Source of the DNA: Octopus vulgaris
Taxonomy: Eukaryota
Assembly: GCA_951406725.2 (NCBI GenBank)
Contig: OX597831.1
Coordinates: forward strand, 59,458,001-59,522,000
Length of the DNA: 64,000 nucleotides
Direction: 5' to 3'
Each line of letters opens with the position of its first letter. The stretch's first letter is position 1. This document shows positions 1 through 12,603 of this stretch, piece after piece. A model generated the notes under the pieces. The model was not told the DNA's origin, searched no databases, and was given only the letters and a program-made list of their open reading frames with translations. Made by a program: the position numbers and the translations under genes.

Positions 1-123
1 TTTCACGGTTAGAATTATAAAGTTGAACGTTCAGTAAGAGCAGAGTGCAAACGAGGCCAAGAAGAAAGAACTACACATAGTATAATATTTTTTTCAACTC
101 AGATGTTCAAACCAATAATTTTA

Positions 124-341
124 CGATGGTGTACTGATAAGTTCCAGGCTTAGAGTATAATTAAATGCAGAATGTTCAGTTAATTATGATTTTATTCAAT
201 ATATTCCACTCCCAGATTCACATACTTATTGCAGCGATGCTTCTGTTTTTCTAAGCCTTGTAAAAAGAACTCGGAAAGTTAGGCCTCCGCCCAGGCCTTC
301 CGCCACACCCTTAAAGGCAGGAACATTTCAGCACCCACTCG
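124..341. mobile_element. Short mariner-type non-autonomous element (MITE)
   Basis: Imperfect TIRs CGATGGTGTACTGATAAGTTCCAGGCTT / AAGGCAGGAACATTTCAGCACCCACTCG, TA on both sides (122-123, 342-343), no ORF. Confidence 0.65.
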
Positions 342-435
342 TACATACTGTTAACGCAGGCTCAAAATTTGCTTACTTGATTAAAACAACATGCACATGT
401 ATATAAAATTCTAAATTTTACTGTAAGTATACATA

Positions 436-1688
436 CAGGGGTTGGACAATATATTGGAAACACCTAGCATCATAGCATCATACTTTTGAAATATCTATAA
501 AACGGTCAAGAGCTTGTTGATTTTTATGCCTTTTGATATATTATTAGTGTTGCTTATTCCGTTTTGCTAAAATTGCTATTTCTTTTCAGATATCATCGAA
601 AAAAGGTAATTATAATTCATTAAAATGACAGATCTATCTGACTTTCAAAGAGGTCGAATTGTTGGCGCTCGTATGGCAGGCGCTAGTGTAACGAAAACAG
701 CCGAAATGTTTGGCGTATCAAGAAGTACTGTCTCCAAAGAAATGACAGCCTTTGAGAAAGAGGGAAAAGACTCCTCGTCGAAACAAATCACCAGAAGAAA
801 ACCTAAACTTTCAGATAAGGACCGTCGGATTCTTACTCGAATTGTTGGAAAGGATCACAAACGTACAGTTCCCAGAATTACTGCAGAGCTTAATGACCAC
901 CTCAAGAACCCAGTTTCCACAAAACACTGTTCGCCGGGAGCTGCAGGAAGCCCGATTTCATGGGAGGACTGCAATCAGAAAACCACTGCTTTCAAAACCA
1001 AACGTTGCAAAACGTTTAGAGTGGAGTAAAAACCTAAAGAATTCATCCTTAGAAAAGTAGAAGAATGTTATTTTCTTACATGAGTCATCGTTTACCTTAT
1101 TTCCGACCAGCGGCCGAGTATACGTGTGGAGAGAGTATTTGACCCAGACTGCATTCTTTCACCTGTTAAACATGGAGGAGCATCTGTGATAATCTGGTGC
1201 GGGGTTATATCTGCTAGCCCAATTGTTTGCTTTCATGGCAGAAGTAATAGTCAAGTCTAGTTAAGCATTTTATCTGATCAAATTCATCCTATGGTTGTGG
1301 AAATGTTTTCGGAAGGAAACGCAATCTTTCAGGATGATATGCACCAATTCACACAGCTAAGGTTGTTACTGAATGGCAAGAGAAACATTCTAGGGAAGTT
1401 GAACATCTTATCTGGCCACTACCGCCCACGGATCTCAATATTATTGAACATTTATGGTGCATTTTAGAAGAACAAGGAATCGATGTCCTGCACCATCGTC
1501 ACTACAAGCCGTGGAGATTGTTTTAGCTGAAGAATGGACGCAAATTCCTTTGGAAACAATTCAAACTTTGTACAAGTCCATACCTCGTTGAATTCAAGCT
1601 ATAATTACAGCCAATGACGGTCCTTCCATATATTAAAACAAATTTGTTTCAAATTCTAATGTGTTTCCATTATTGTGTCCAACCGCTG
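436..1688 (+). mobile_element. Full-length degenerate Tc1-family DNA transposon
   Basis: 28-bp TIRs CAGGGGTTGGACAATATATTGGAAACAC (436) and GTGTTTCCATTATTGTGTCCAACCGCTG (ends 1688); TA TSD at 434-435 and 1689-1690; contains a transposase relic. Confidence 0.95.
625..1636 (+). pseudogene. Tc1 (DD34E-type) transposase pseudogene
   Basis: N-terminal HTH MTDLSDFQRGRIVGARMAGASVTKTAEMFGVSRSTVSK; frameshift to TVRRELQEARFHGRTAIRKPLL; later relics FQDD..APIHTA and DLNIIEHLW; stops and frameshifts throughout. Confidence 0.93.
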
Positions 1689-1775
1689 TAGATACAAACA
1701 TACACACACACACACATATATGTTTTTAGTTTCCCTTACAATTAAATGCAAAGTAGGATCTCAAGTGCCTTTTAT

Positions 1776-1807
1776 ATATACATACACCCATACGTACACA
1801 CACACAC

Positions 1808-1890
<83 letters not shown>
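1776..1890. repeat. (CA)n/(TA)n compound microsatellite
   Basis: Direct reading. Confidence 0.95.
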
Positions 1891-1891
<1 letters not shown>

Positions 1892-3562
1892 GCATGTATA
1901 TATTTCTACGTGTGGTTTTCATTTATGCCGTTTATGTTTATAAAATTAATTTATGTAATTCCTCGGCATACATATTTCTCTTTTAAACCTTACATAATTT
2001 ACAATTTTATAGTATTAGGCAGATTTACGTAAGTATAGCTTTTATTATCCTCACACTTTTCAAGTTCTTATATTTTATAGAACTGAAACTTTCATTCAAA
2101 CGCTATAGTTTTACGATTAGTTTAGTCATTGCAATGAATTCAAGAGAACATTAAACTTTCATTTTAACTGATTTACAATTCCTGTAAATACGTATATAAT
2201 TTATGGTTTCGTAACTTCAAAATCTACAATTATATCATTGTAAAAGTTTTCCGTGCAGAATGCGAAACTCTACAACCTTCCCTTTATGTATGTAATAACT
2301 TTCTTAGAAAGAATTATATACTTTATTTTCTCAGTTTATTCGTAATATACATGTAAGGCTTTCACCAAAGAAAGTAAGATAACCAAAGCTATGTTTAACC
2401 TGATAGTTGATAATAAAATAATTAGAGAATACACATCTTAATACTTTTCTAATGTTGTCAAGACTTGTAACTGAAAGATAATTACCATATAAAGAACTCT
2501 TAACGTGTATGTAATGATATAACCATATGTAATTTATGTTTTCTATAATCCAAACATTGAGAACCTTTCAGAATATTTTCTGATTTGACTTTGAATAAAT
2601 TTCATCGAGATGTGTGAAATATATTTATCCTGAAATGGTCTTAAACTAGATTGCTTAACTTGATTGGTTTGCATTATGATGCGACTTTTGTATAAGCAAC
2701 TCTTTAACTTGCCCACTAGCTTTCTAACAAGTAATTGATAGAAGACTTGCGACTGCTAAGTATTTATTAAATGAATATATTCGAGAAGTAATGGATGCCG
2801 TGAGCGAATTGAAGCTAAAATAGATTCTGCATTTATAAGGTATCCAGTGTCAGTTTTGACAGGTACACACGTATATAATGAGAATGAATTGCAATAATTA
2901 TGCGCAGCACCTAACGATCTATGATGTAAATTATTGTGAACATCCCTGTTTTGTTAAATTGTAGACATATATATTAACGGGTGTGCAGAAAGAGAGCAAT
3001 TAGCACAAAAATCATTGATAATGTCCTGAAATTATTTAAGATATCTTTTCTATTTGAAAATTGCTGCCAGTGCAATAGAATTAGGTCATGCAGCAATGCA
3101 CTGAATAGTATCGGTAGAAGATTATAGTGTATATATCCACCAGCATCGCAAAATAATCGATGATATAGAATTATAAATATTTAGTAAATCCATTATTCGG
3201 TAAATGTAAAAGGTTATTTGGTAAATCTAAGGAGTACGTAGAGATAGAAGTGTTTTGCATGTAACGAGATAGTATTCCATAAAAGAAAAAAAAGGGAAAT
3301 AAATGATATTGCCGAAAATGTGTTCATATGTTATCAGAATCATGCTACCTCTGACTATTGAAATCAATACCGAAACCATGGAGGTCACCGTCATTATATT
3401 ATTTAAGACAACCACCAATATCCCTACCACCGATTCAAACAGCGCCAGCACCTGCAACACCAGCTATGATTACTACCAACTACAACACCGTCGGTACAGG
3501 AACCGCTATCGTCATCGAAGTCTTTATCATTGTTGTCATTAGTATAGTAGGTATCATTAGTA

Positions 3563-3970
3563 AAGGCGGCGAGCACGCCGGGCGAAATGCTTATCGGCAT
3601 TTCGTCTGCCCTTACGTTCTGAGTTCATATTCCACCGATGTCGACTTTGCCTTTCGTCCTTTCAGGGTCGATAAATTAAGTACCAGTGACGCATTAGGGT
3701 CGATGTAATCGACTTAATCCCTTTGGTTTTCATTGTTTGTCCCCTCTATGTTTAGTCCCAATAAAGAAATAAGAAATTGTAGCACACTGGGCGAAATCTT
3801 AGCGGTATTTCGTCTGTTTTTACTTTCTGAATTCAAACTCTGTCGAGGTTGACTTTGCCTTTCATCCCTTCGGGTTCGATAAATTAAGTTCTACTTGCGT
3901 ACTGAGGTCGATCTAATCGACTGCCCACCACCCCAACAATTTCGAGCCTTGTGCCTAGAGTAGAAAAGAA
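3563..3970 (+). mobile_element. tRNA-derived SINE with Meta-type core, tandem dimer
   Basis: AAGGCGGCGAGC head; B-box-like GAGTTCAAA; core GACTTTGCCTTTC(A/G)TCC..GGG.TCGATAAATTAAGT occurs twice; same family at 38470, 44055, 45150. Confidence 0.85.
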
Positions 3971-5727
3971 TGTGTTATTAGCAATATCATTATCATTAGA
4001 ATCGTTAACTTCATCATAATTATTATATATAAATATCATACTACGACGACGCTAATTGATGCAGCGTGAAATAAGAAAATATTTCAATTAAATTTCTTCA
4101 ACTATTTGTTCAAATTATTCTCAGAAACACGGATATTCGTTTGATTTAAAAAGGTGTTTACTCACTGATTCTATACAAATACATGAATCTTTGAAGCCGA
4201 CAAAAGCTATGCTAGTGTCTAATTATTTTATAATTTTCGGCCAATACAACGTCAGTTGATTCTGTGAAATGATAGTTTAGGAAGAAATTAAAAAAACATA
4301 AAAAAATGTATTACATTACTGATATAATAATCTTTTCATATTAGGCATTGCTATACCTGACATTGGTGGAGCTGTTCAACTCCAGAATAAATGTGCTACG
4401 CAAAAACATCTGTGATTAAGATAATCTATAAAGCATTATCTTCAGTGCATTTAATTCAATAAAAAATGTATAAATTTACACCAGAATTTGAGTGAAAATG
4501 GGCGTCGAAATGGGATGTAAGATATAAGCATGTGCAGCTGCAAATAGAGACGGTGTTCGTAATAGTTGATGAAATTCGCGTGGTACTGTTCGGCAAATGA
4601 AACTGAAGATCGCTGTTGAGTCTCAAATATCTGGAATAATTTATATAAACATAAGCTTAAAATTTGGTAAGACTGGGGGCTGGTTCAAGATATCATTAAA
4701 TAAATGTGTCACATTTACACACGCACACACGTATACACACAAACACACATAGACACACACATACACGCACACACACACATATATAAATACACGCCGATAC
4801 ACAGAATATAAGACAAATTGGCATGGAGGGTTTGGACTCGGATGACTGCTAACTTAAAATCCCACGCTGGTGTAATGCTAGAAATCAACCGAACTTTTTA
4901 CAGCATGTACCTTAGATTAAAGCAGTCTTTCAGGCTCTATTTATGTGTCACTAACGCTGCACAGTAAGAAAATAAAGAAAATAAAGATAATAAACCTGGA
5001 GTAAACATAAAGAATGTTGGCGTAAAAGGTGAAACGAGAAAAAAGAATCGAAATCAAGAACTAAATTCTGGTCCTCCCTGAGTACAGAAAGCTTATTGAA
5101 TACTACCGCTTTAAAATACAAGAACAGAAAATATATCAAAGTCTGCGAAAGAGCAATTCAGTCCGTAGTGGGTCGTGCCCTCCAATTCGATAAATGAAAC
5201 CTGTCTATGTGTCTACACGTGTTATATATTTTAAATTGCGAATTAAGCAGTGTGTTAGAATTGCCGGTTCAAAGAACAATATGAGATATTTCTGCTACGC
5301 ATAAACTGTAATTCTAATATCCATTAACATATGGCTTTTATTTCTTCACTATTATTTAGTTAATTGTATGTGGTAAGGAATTGCACTTCAAATTCTATAC
5401 GCAGTTAGACAACTTAGTCGACTTAATTTTATCGATGTGCCGGAAGGAAGATACGTGGTTTGCATGGCATCTCTTGGATTTGCCCTCTTTTAACCCGATG
5501 TTGTTCTTCCTTCCAACTGATTTCTCTTGAATCGTAGCTGTAACTTCAGCTTCATATATAACAGAGTTTATCATACACGCTTGATCAAGTGGTCAGAGTC
5601 TCGACAAATATAACTGGGTATGGTCTCTTATAGATTTTTGTGATGTGCTATAACTTTAGTCGTACTGGAACAGTAGCTGTATGGTATTATTAATCAGCGT
5701 CTGTTAAAAAGTTTCCTGTATTTATGA

Positions 5728-6118
5728 CTAGCAGTATCGCCCGGCGTTGCTCGGGTTTGTAAGGGAAATAACGATATAAGCATTTTTAGAGATATAAAGT
5801 ATAATAGCCATCTCAATATGGCTAACCACAAAGGGGGGTGTTACTGTAGTTTTTTACCTTCTGAGATTTAATAATAAATTTTTAGAGAGTTACTTCCCTT
5901 ATATATGCAAAAAATGCATTAAAAATGGGAAAACTTGATGGTAATTTTTTTTATCGTAGACTCATCGTAGACGCGCGCTAATACCTAGAAGGGCTTGATA
6001 TGAATCATGGCTATAAGATACCCGGTTTTGGTTAAACTGCACCGGAAAATGTGGGAGAAGTTAGGAATCTAAATCGTAGGAGACAGACAGCACACAACCT
6101 CACTTTTATATATAAAGA
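5728..6118 (-). mobile_element. Non-autonomous Helitron
   Basis: Minus strand starts TCTTTATATATAAAAG and ends with hairpin CCCGAGCAACGCCGGG..CTAG; inserted between A and T; no TSD. Confidence 0.88.
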
Positions 6119-6280
6119 TTTATTGGAAAAATTTAACTAAAAGAAAGGCAGACATTTCTTGCCTACGTTATTCGTAACATCAAAGGAGAAATGAAGGACT
6201 GCGAAGTTATTTTGCTAAATATATTTTTGTCTATTTTCATAATTCATATATATATATACTCATGTTCATATATATATATA

Positions 6281-6786
6281 CTAGCAGTATCGCCCGGCGT
6301 TGCTCGGGTTTGTAAGGGAAATAACTATATAAGCATTTTTAGAGAGTTACTTCCCTTATAAATTCGGGCTTTCTTAACCATTTTTGTTTTGGTGTCTTCA
6401 AGCCATGAAGTCGTTGTTCTAAAAGAACGCTGGTTTCCTTCACAACGCATTACGACGTTGATTTCTTTACACTCCCTTCCCCACAGCTTCACGAGGGAGG
6501 GAAGGGGGAGAAGCAAACAGGTGCAGCTGTGAGCGTGGACGCCAACTCCGCCGCCATCGACATACGATGCATTTTATGCATTAAAATGGAATAAAAAATG
6601 ATGTTAAATTATTTTTAAAATCGTAGACTCATCGTTGACGCGCGCTAATAGTCAGACGGGCTCGATATGAATCACGACTATAAGATACCCGAATTTGGTT
6701 AAACTGCACCGCAAAATGTGGGAGGAGTTAGGAATCTAAATCGAAGGGGACAGACACTCACACAACTAGAGTTTTATATATATAGA
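6281..6786 (-). mobile_element. Non-autonomous Helitron, same family as 5728-6118
   Basis: Identical CTAGCAGTATCGCCCGGCGTTGCTCGGG end and homologous TC-start end; different internal segment. Confidence 0.88.
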
Positions 6787-7534
6787 TATACTGGATTTAG
6801 AAATTATATCAGAAAGGCATGAAAGAGGTACCTTGACGATTGTTTCATAATCTGGACAGAAACATTAAGTAGACTGGAAGAGTTCAATATCCTCTTGAAT
6901 AATCTCTCCCATGTACAAAGAAGATGAGTAGTACCAAATTACCGTTGCTAGAAATAATGGTAATTAAAAAGGACTCCACCATTACAACGGATATATACTA
7001 CAAACACACGGACACACATCGATACCTGAATTTTAAGTCGTGCCATCCACCACATACAAAACGCAACATCCCATAATGCCTAGCCAGAATAATTATTTGC
7101 ACCATTGTAGAAGATGCAGCTGTCAGGAACAAACAAACGCCTAAGATAATGTTTGCTCAAACAATAATACCCATCTTTACTTATAAAAAAATGGCATACG
7201 GCGGGCTGAAATAATACCGATGCAACAACTGAGAACAACCTAAAGAAAAGAAGAACAGGAATAAGTCATACCATTTATAGTGACACACAACCCATGCCAC
7301 CAGAATATCTTCAGCATTGCCAAAGCAAACTTACCAAGCATTGCTAAATGTAATGAATTAAAAGATATACTTACTGATCGAGTTATGGTTCTTAGTAAAG
7401 ACAGCCTAAAATCTTGTAAAAGTTATTTCCAAAGGCGAAGTTGGACCTCAGCAACAACGACCAATCATTCACTGTATACAAATGCAATGGTTACCGATGC
7501 AGCACATTTCAATTCATACATACCAACCAATGTC

Positions 7535-7610
7535 TTTTATTTTTATCTTTTAAAAATTTTATCTAGTTTCAGCTCACGAGCTGTGGCCATGCTGGGACAC
7601 CGCCATTTAA
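7535..7610 (-). mobile_element. SINE 3' tail fragment inserted in the PLE
   Basis: GTTTCAGCTCACGAGCTGTGGCCATGCTGGGACACCGCC matches SINE tails at 23575 and 35720; interrupts PLE homology. Confidence 0.6.
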
Positions 7611-8112
7611 CACAAAATATATGAACACAAAAACCCGGAAAAATATTCACACACGCAAATATGAAATGCAAAAGCAGAAATTTAATTTACTACATCAAAT
7701 GCCGAAATTGTGAAGAAATAGAAATGAACTATCAGAAGGTTTACGTGTACACTGACTGCAAATTAGAGACCCAGATGTCCGTCAGATACCTCTGAGTAAC
7801 CACCTAGCAACATGCGGTCGGGAAATATATTTGCATTCTACAAACTACACAGTCCAACTGAAATTGAAGGAGAAATCAAAGAAAAGATCTTTAGTAATAA
7901 ATTCCAACAAAGCTGAATAAACAATAATACTAATACTTAGAACTACTATTTCTAGTGCTCCGACCACTACCACTAATGACAACAACACTAAACATGGTCA
8001 TTATGATGATAGCAAGAGAAAAGTCAGTAAAAATTCTTAATTTGGTGTTTAAAGTTCTATTACCACAGCTACTCCAACTATCACCATCACCACTAACACC
8101 ACCACCACCACC

Positions 8113-8144
<32 letters not shown>

Positions 8145-8446
8145 CAACAACAATAAAGGAGATGATAATGATGATGTTAATAATTGAAATGTAAAAATCC
8201 CTGGGAAATGTTGCTTACAATATTTCTAAAAATAGACCAACAATTATTGCTTCGGCGACGGTTAAGATACAGGTCTCCTGAAATGTTCAACAAAGCATGA
8301 CACTTAAACCAGCGTAAGTTATTTAGTAAAATCACAGACTGATTGGTCAGAATACAGCGTGCACAAATTAATATCTTGGAGCTTATACAAATGTATTTAA
8401 GGCACAGAGTTGTAAATTGTACCACATAACTGTCACTACTACTACA

Positions 8447-8491
8447 TGAACCTGAAGATTGCATAGTTTTATACACGAAATTGCTAGGTTA
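8447..8491 (+). ncRNA. Degenerate type-I hammerhead ribozyme in PLE 3' region
   Basis: TGAAC-CTGAAGA-TTGCATAGTTTTATACAC-GAAA-TTGC-TA-GGTTA; homologous to the better-paired copy at 30561. Confidence 0.6.
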
Positions 8492-9417
8492 GTTATAAGA
8501 TTGTTAATAAACGTGAAAATTAGACTCAGTTGGAATTTCGTTGTGTAGGTTCGTTTCTCTGTGTTTACTTTCCTATTTACCATTTTCCTCTTTCATCGTT
8601 TACATATTTCACTCGTTTTCCAAATTCCCTGCAGGATTTTGTCCTATATCTGTCTGATTTTTAAACATATGCATTCAGCCACGCTGTATTGATTGAGACG
8701 TTTTAAAGCTAATTCACAGCTTATTGAACTTAATTTCATTTCTGAGTATCAGAACTGTTGTATTTAATAAAGACCTATCACAAAACAACCCTCTATGTAC
8801 GTAGATGTAAAGGATGATGATATTCAGTGTCATCTTTAATATTAGAACTGTATATATGTGTTACCTCTATGTTAAAATTCTATAACGTATTTTGTTCGCT
8901 TTCAATGTCCATTTACTTAGCTGTTAATTGTGAGTTATGAAACTACCTGAAAATATGCAATATGTTATGATATATGCATTATTGGGTAGTTCCAAGATTA
9001 TAAATTCATCTTTGCTCAAAGAATTATCAGAAGGAGCAAACCTAACGGAGTAGATGTTTCATAATGCCATACAGTCGATTCTCCGAAGCCGAATACACTA
9101 TAATTCAGGCTGGCATAAGAAATGACGTTGCAATAAGTTACCAGTGACATGCTCGTTTTCTCACATCACACCTAAAGTGGCTCGTACTCATCAGCCAGTT
9201 CTCATCTACGATTACAAGGTTTTCTTCTGCTCGACAATGTTTGCTGTCTACACACACTTCAACGTGCGAAGATAGTAGAATTAAGTATGAGTACACATCT
9301 TTGAACTTTCGACCGTAAATGAACCTAATACGATTTGTGAGTTATCGACGACGTTGCACCAAGTGTTAATGAGTCAAACAAGCGCTTCCACTATAAAATT
9401 ATATAACTATTCTGTAA

Positions 9418-9512
9418 TCTTTATATATATAAAACTGAGAATTTGTGTCTGTCTGTCTGTGTGTTTCCCTAAAACTTGAGAACTACACAACTATCATTGT
9501 CAAATATTTACA
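9418..9512 (+). mobile_element. Helitron 5' fragment (family of 17267-18304)
   Basis: TCTTTATATATATAAAACTGAG...GTGTTTCCCTAAAACTTGAGAAC shared with 17267. Confidence 0.75.
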
Positions 9513-9537
9513 TTTGACATTATTTTAATAGTTCTTT

Positions 9538-9591
<54 letters not shown>

Positions 9592-9669
9592 ATGTATGTG
9601 TGTGTAAGAAGATGTACATATGTACATCATTGTCAAATATTTTATATTTGACATTATATTAATAGTTCT

Positions 9670-9707
<38 letters not shown>

Positions 9708-9712
<5 letters not shown>

Positions 9713-9785
9713 CGTGGCCACCAGGCTATCAGATGTTGCTGCACATCGCTGGTCACAATGCGCTTGGCATTGTTTTTAGCCCCCA
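9708..9785 (-). mobile_element. SINE 3' fragment (family of 51425-51721)
   Basis: CCAGGCTATCAGATGTTGCTGCACATCGCTGGTCACAATGCGC nearly identical to 51446-51490. Confidence 0.8.
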
Positions 9786-10349
9786 AATTACACCTCCCCG
9801 TGAGTGTCATTATTTGTTGTAGAATTAGATTTACTGTATCATCTATACGATTTAGCAAAATGTTATAAGTTACAGTTTGTGCCGTTAGGTGTGATACAGT
9901 GTGTATATTTCTATACAAATACGATAATGATCTTATGTCAATTCTGCTAAAGTAGGATACGATTGTTAAGTAGAGAAATTATTGAAACTGCAAGCAGAAA
10001 TACATACTAGGGTTTATACCATGTGATTTTCTATCAATTTATATTTCTTTTACCACATTTCTCTATTTGATACGCATATATTCTTATCGTCGCATAGTTT
10101 TCGATAAGTATGATACATTCTCTCTGAACATTATTATCGGTTATGCCACATGCAGATTCATTGTCGTCTGCGTGCTGGCTGTTGTATGAAGCGTGTTCAT
10201 TGAATATAATGCCTGTGAATATTTTCATTGTTCTTCTTCTTACGTCATTCAATAATAATATTTGTTTTATTTTTCGTTTACCTGCAACCGTCTGCCTTGT
10301 GTATGTGTGTGCGCGCGTGTGTAAATACATATATATGCATGTGTGTGTA

Positions 10350-10391
<42 letters not shown>

Positions 10392-10435
10392 TATATATGG
10401 ATATATACAGATATATATGCAGATGTACATTCAGG

Positions 10436-10466
<31 letters not shown>

Positions 10467-10763
10467 GCATATTGTGATCAGCAGATAATTGTATAAGACA
10501 CCTTTATATTCTTAAATGACTGACGCCCAGGAAAAAAGATAAAGTTAATGAACAAGACACAGCCTTAATGACTATGAATTTCTTCGCAAGAGGAAAATAT
10601 GTTCCTGTCTTCAGCTTTAAAAAACCCCAAAAGAAACAAACAAAAGGCCAATAGGAAATGCAAAGATGAAGAACAACCACCGAAATTTCACAATAAGCAT
10701 TCTTGGTAAAATTAGCCACGTAGCGTTTGTCTACATATTAGTCTCTCTCTCTCTCTCTCTCTC

Positions 10764-12603
10764 ACCCAACTTGTTCGATATCACAATGGGATCGCCGGAC
10801 TCAGCGGAGGTGACTGATCTAGTTGGGATGTATCTATTAGATAACTTTAGTAGGGAATTCCCTGAATTAAAAGGTGGATTATACAGGGATGACGCCTTAT
10901 TTTGTGTTAGGAATACATCAAATAGGAGATTAGATCTCCTGAAAAAAAGAATAAATAAATTTTTTAAAAGCTTCGGCCTATCCATTATCATTGAAAGTGA
11001 AAATTATTCTGCTAATTATTTAGATGTTAATTGTAACATTACTAATGGTTTACATGAACCCTATATTAAACCTAATTCTAACCTAATATACATTAACCGT
11101 TCTAGTAATCACCCCCTCAAATTAAAAATGCACTAGTGCGTAGCATTAGTCAGAGAATTTCTAGTTTATCCTCAAACGAGGAAATTTTTAACAAACACTG
11201 TGATAGATACAATGCAGCATTGCTTAAGGCAGGATATAAAAGTAAGATTTGGTTTATACCTAAGGGGAACCCCTAATGGAGGTAGAACTATCAGGAACAA
11301 CACAAATAGATTTAGGATAATCAACAATATGCATAAGAATAGTAAAAATAGAATATATGATAACACCTATAATAAATGTAGAAGTGATGTTAACCTTGGA
11401 AAGGTGAACGGTAGCTCAAATAGATCTAAACATACGGGTAATAGTAGTAATATTAATAATAATATACGAATTAAAACTTATGGTAGACATGATAATGGTA
11501 AAGTTTACTTGCGCAATAACCATGGTAATATTGATATAGATAGATATAACAATGACAGTGGTAAGAATAGTAATCCTATGAGTTGGTCTACGAATAGGAT
11601 TTTTACAAATAACATTAATTCTATAGGCAATCCTAATTCTGATAAGGATACTCTTTGGTTGATTATCCCATATGCAATGCAGATTAAAACAAACATAGTG
11701 AGAGCTTTGCATAATGTTATTTTTAGGCATTTTGGTAAGAATAAGAATAAATTTAGTCCTTTAATTAACAACGGCACTGTTAGAGTGGGATATAGCATTA
11801 CTCATAATCTAGCCACCATTATCTCCTCTTTTAATAACAAGAAACTGGATCACTTCTATAAGGATAGAAAATTGAATTTAGACCAGGAAAACTTGCCCCT
11901 CTTCATTAATAATAGGAATAGAAACTTTCTTGGAACAAATGGGAACAACCTCCTTACTAATAATGAGTGCACCATACCTGTCAGAGATAATATAAATGTA
12001 ATAGATCATACTACTACTACCAATACTAGTACTAGTGATAGGAATATAGCCGATAATGTGAAATTAACTCATTCGTTGATTTTGGGTTTGGATGATGATA
12101 ACAATTGTAACACTTATAATGTGAATAGTAGTATAGGGGTGGTGCCCAATCTTAGATTTCCTCATTCTGTTAATCTTTGTAATTTCAGAAATAAAAATAA
12201 ATGTGTATTTGGTAATCAATGCCTCAGGAAGGAGGTAGTTTACCAATGCACTGTAGATACACAATTGAGTAGTAGGGTGTATATCGGGGCAACTATGAAT
12301 AGCATAAAACAAAGATGGAATTATCACAGATATACTTTTAGGAATAAAAATAGAATGTACTCTACAGGGCTAAGTGCATACATTTGGGAACTTAAAAGTA
12401 AGAACTTAGATTTTAGATTAAACTGGAAAATACTAACTTCAGCACCTGTGTATAATGGAAAAAATAAAAATGCTCTCTATGTATTAATGAAATTTTCTTC
12501 ATTATTAAAGCGGGTCGGCAAATTATTAACAACATTAATGAAAAAAACTTCTTTTGTATTCATAGGCTACCGTTCACCTTTTCTAGATTCAAATAGAACT
12601 TAG
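10764..12603 (+). pseudogene. PLE RT-thumb-GIY-YIG polyprotein, frameshifted
   Basis: FDITMGSPDSAEVTDLVGMYLL, GLYRDDAL, NYLDV, SNHP; then CNFRNKNKCVFGNQCLRKEVVYQCTV..VYIGATMNSIKQRWNYH..STGLSAYIWELK; frameshifts near 11120-11200 and 12470. Confidence 0.92.

Larger units (their letters stand above)
6790..8540 (+). mobile_element. 5'-truncated Penelope-like retroelement (RT YLDD, Cys linker, GIY-YIG), decayed
   Basis: RYLDDCFIIW at about 6826; YYKHTDTH..LNFKSCHPPHTKRNIP; colinear with the copy at 30391-32436 through the 3' UTR; HHR at 8447. Confidence 0.92.

Noticed and set aside
3303-3708. Overlapping short ORFs, Thr/Ile-rich
   Set aside because: Decayed triplet repeat running into a SINE; no domain motif.
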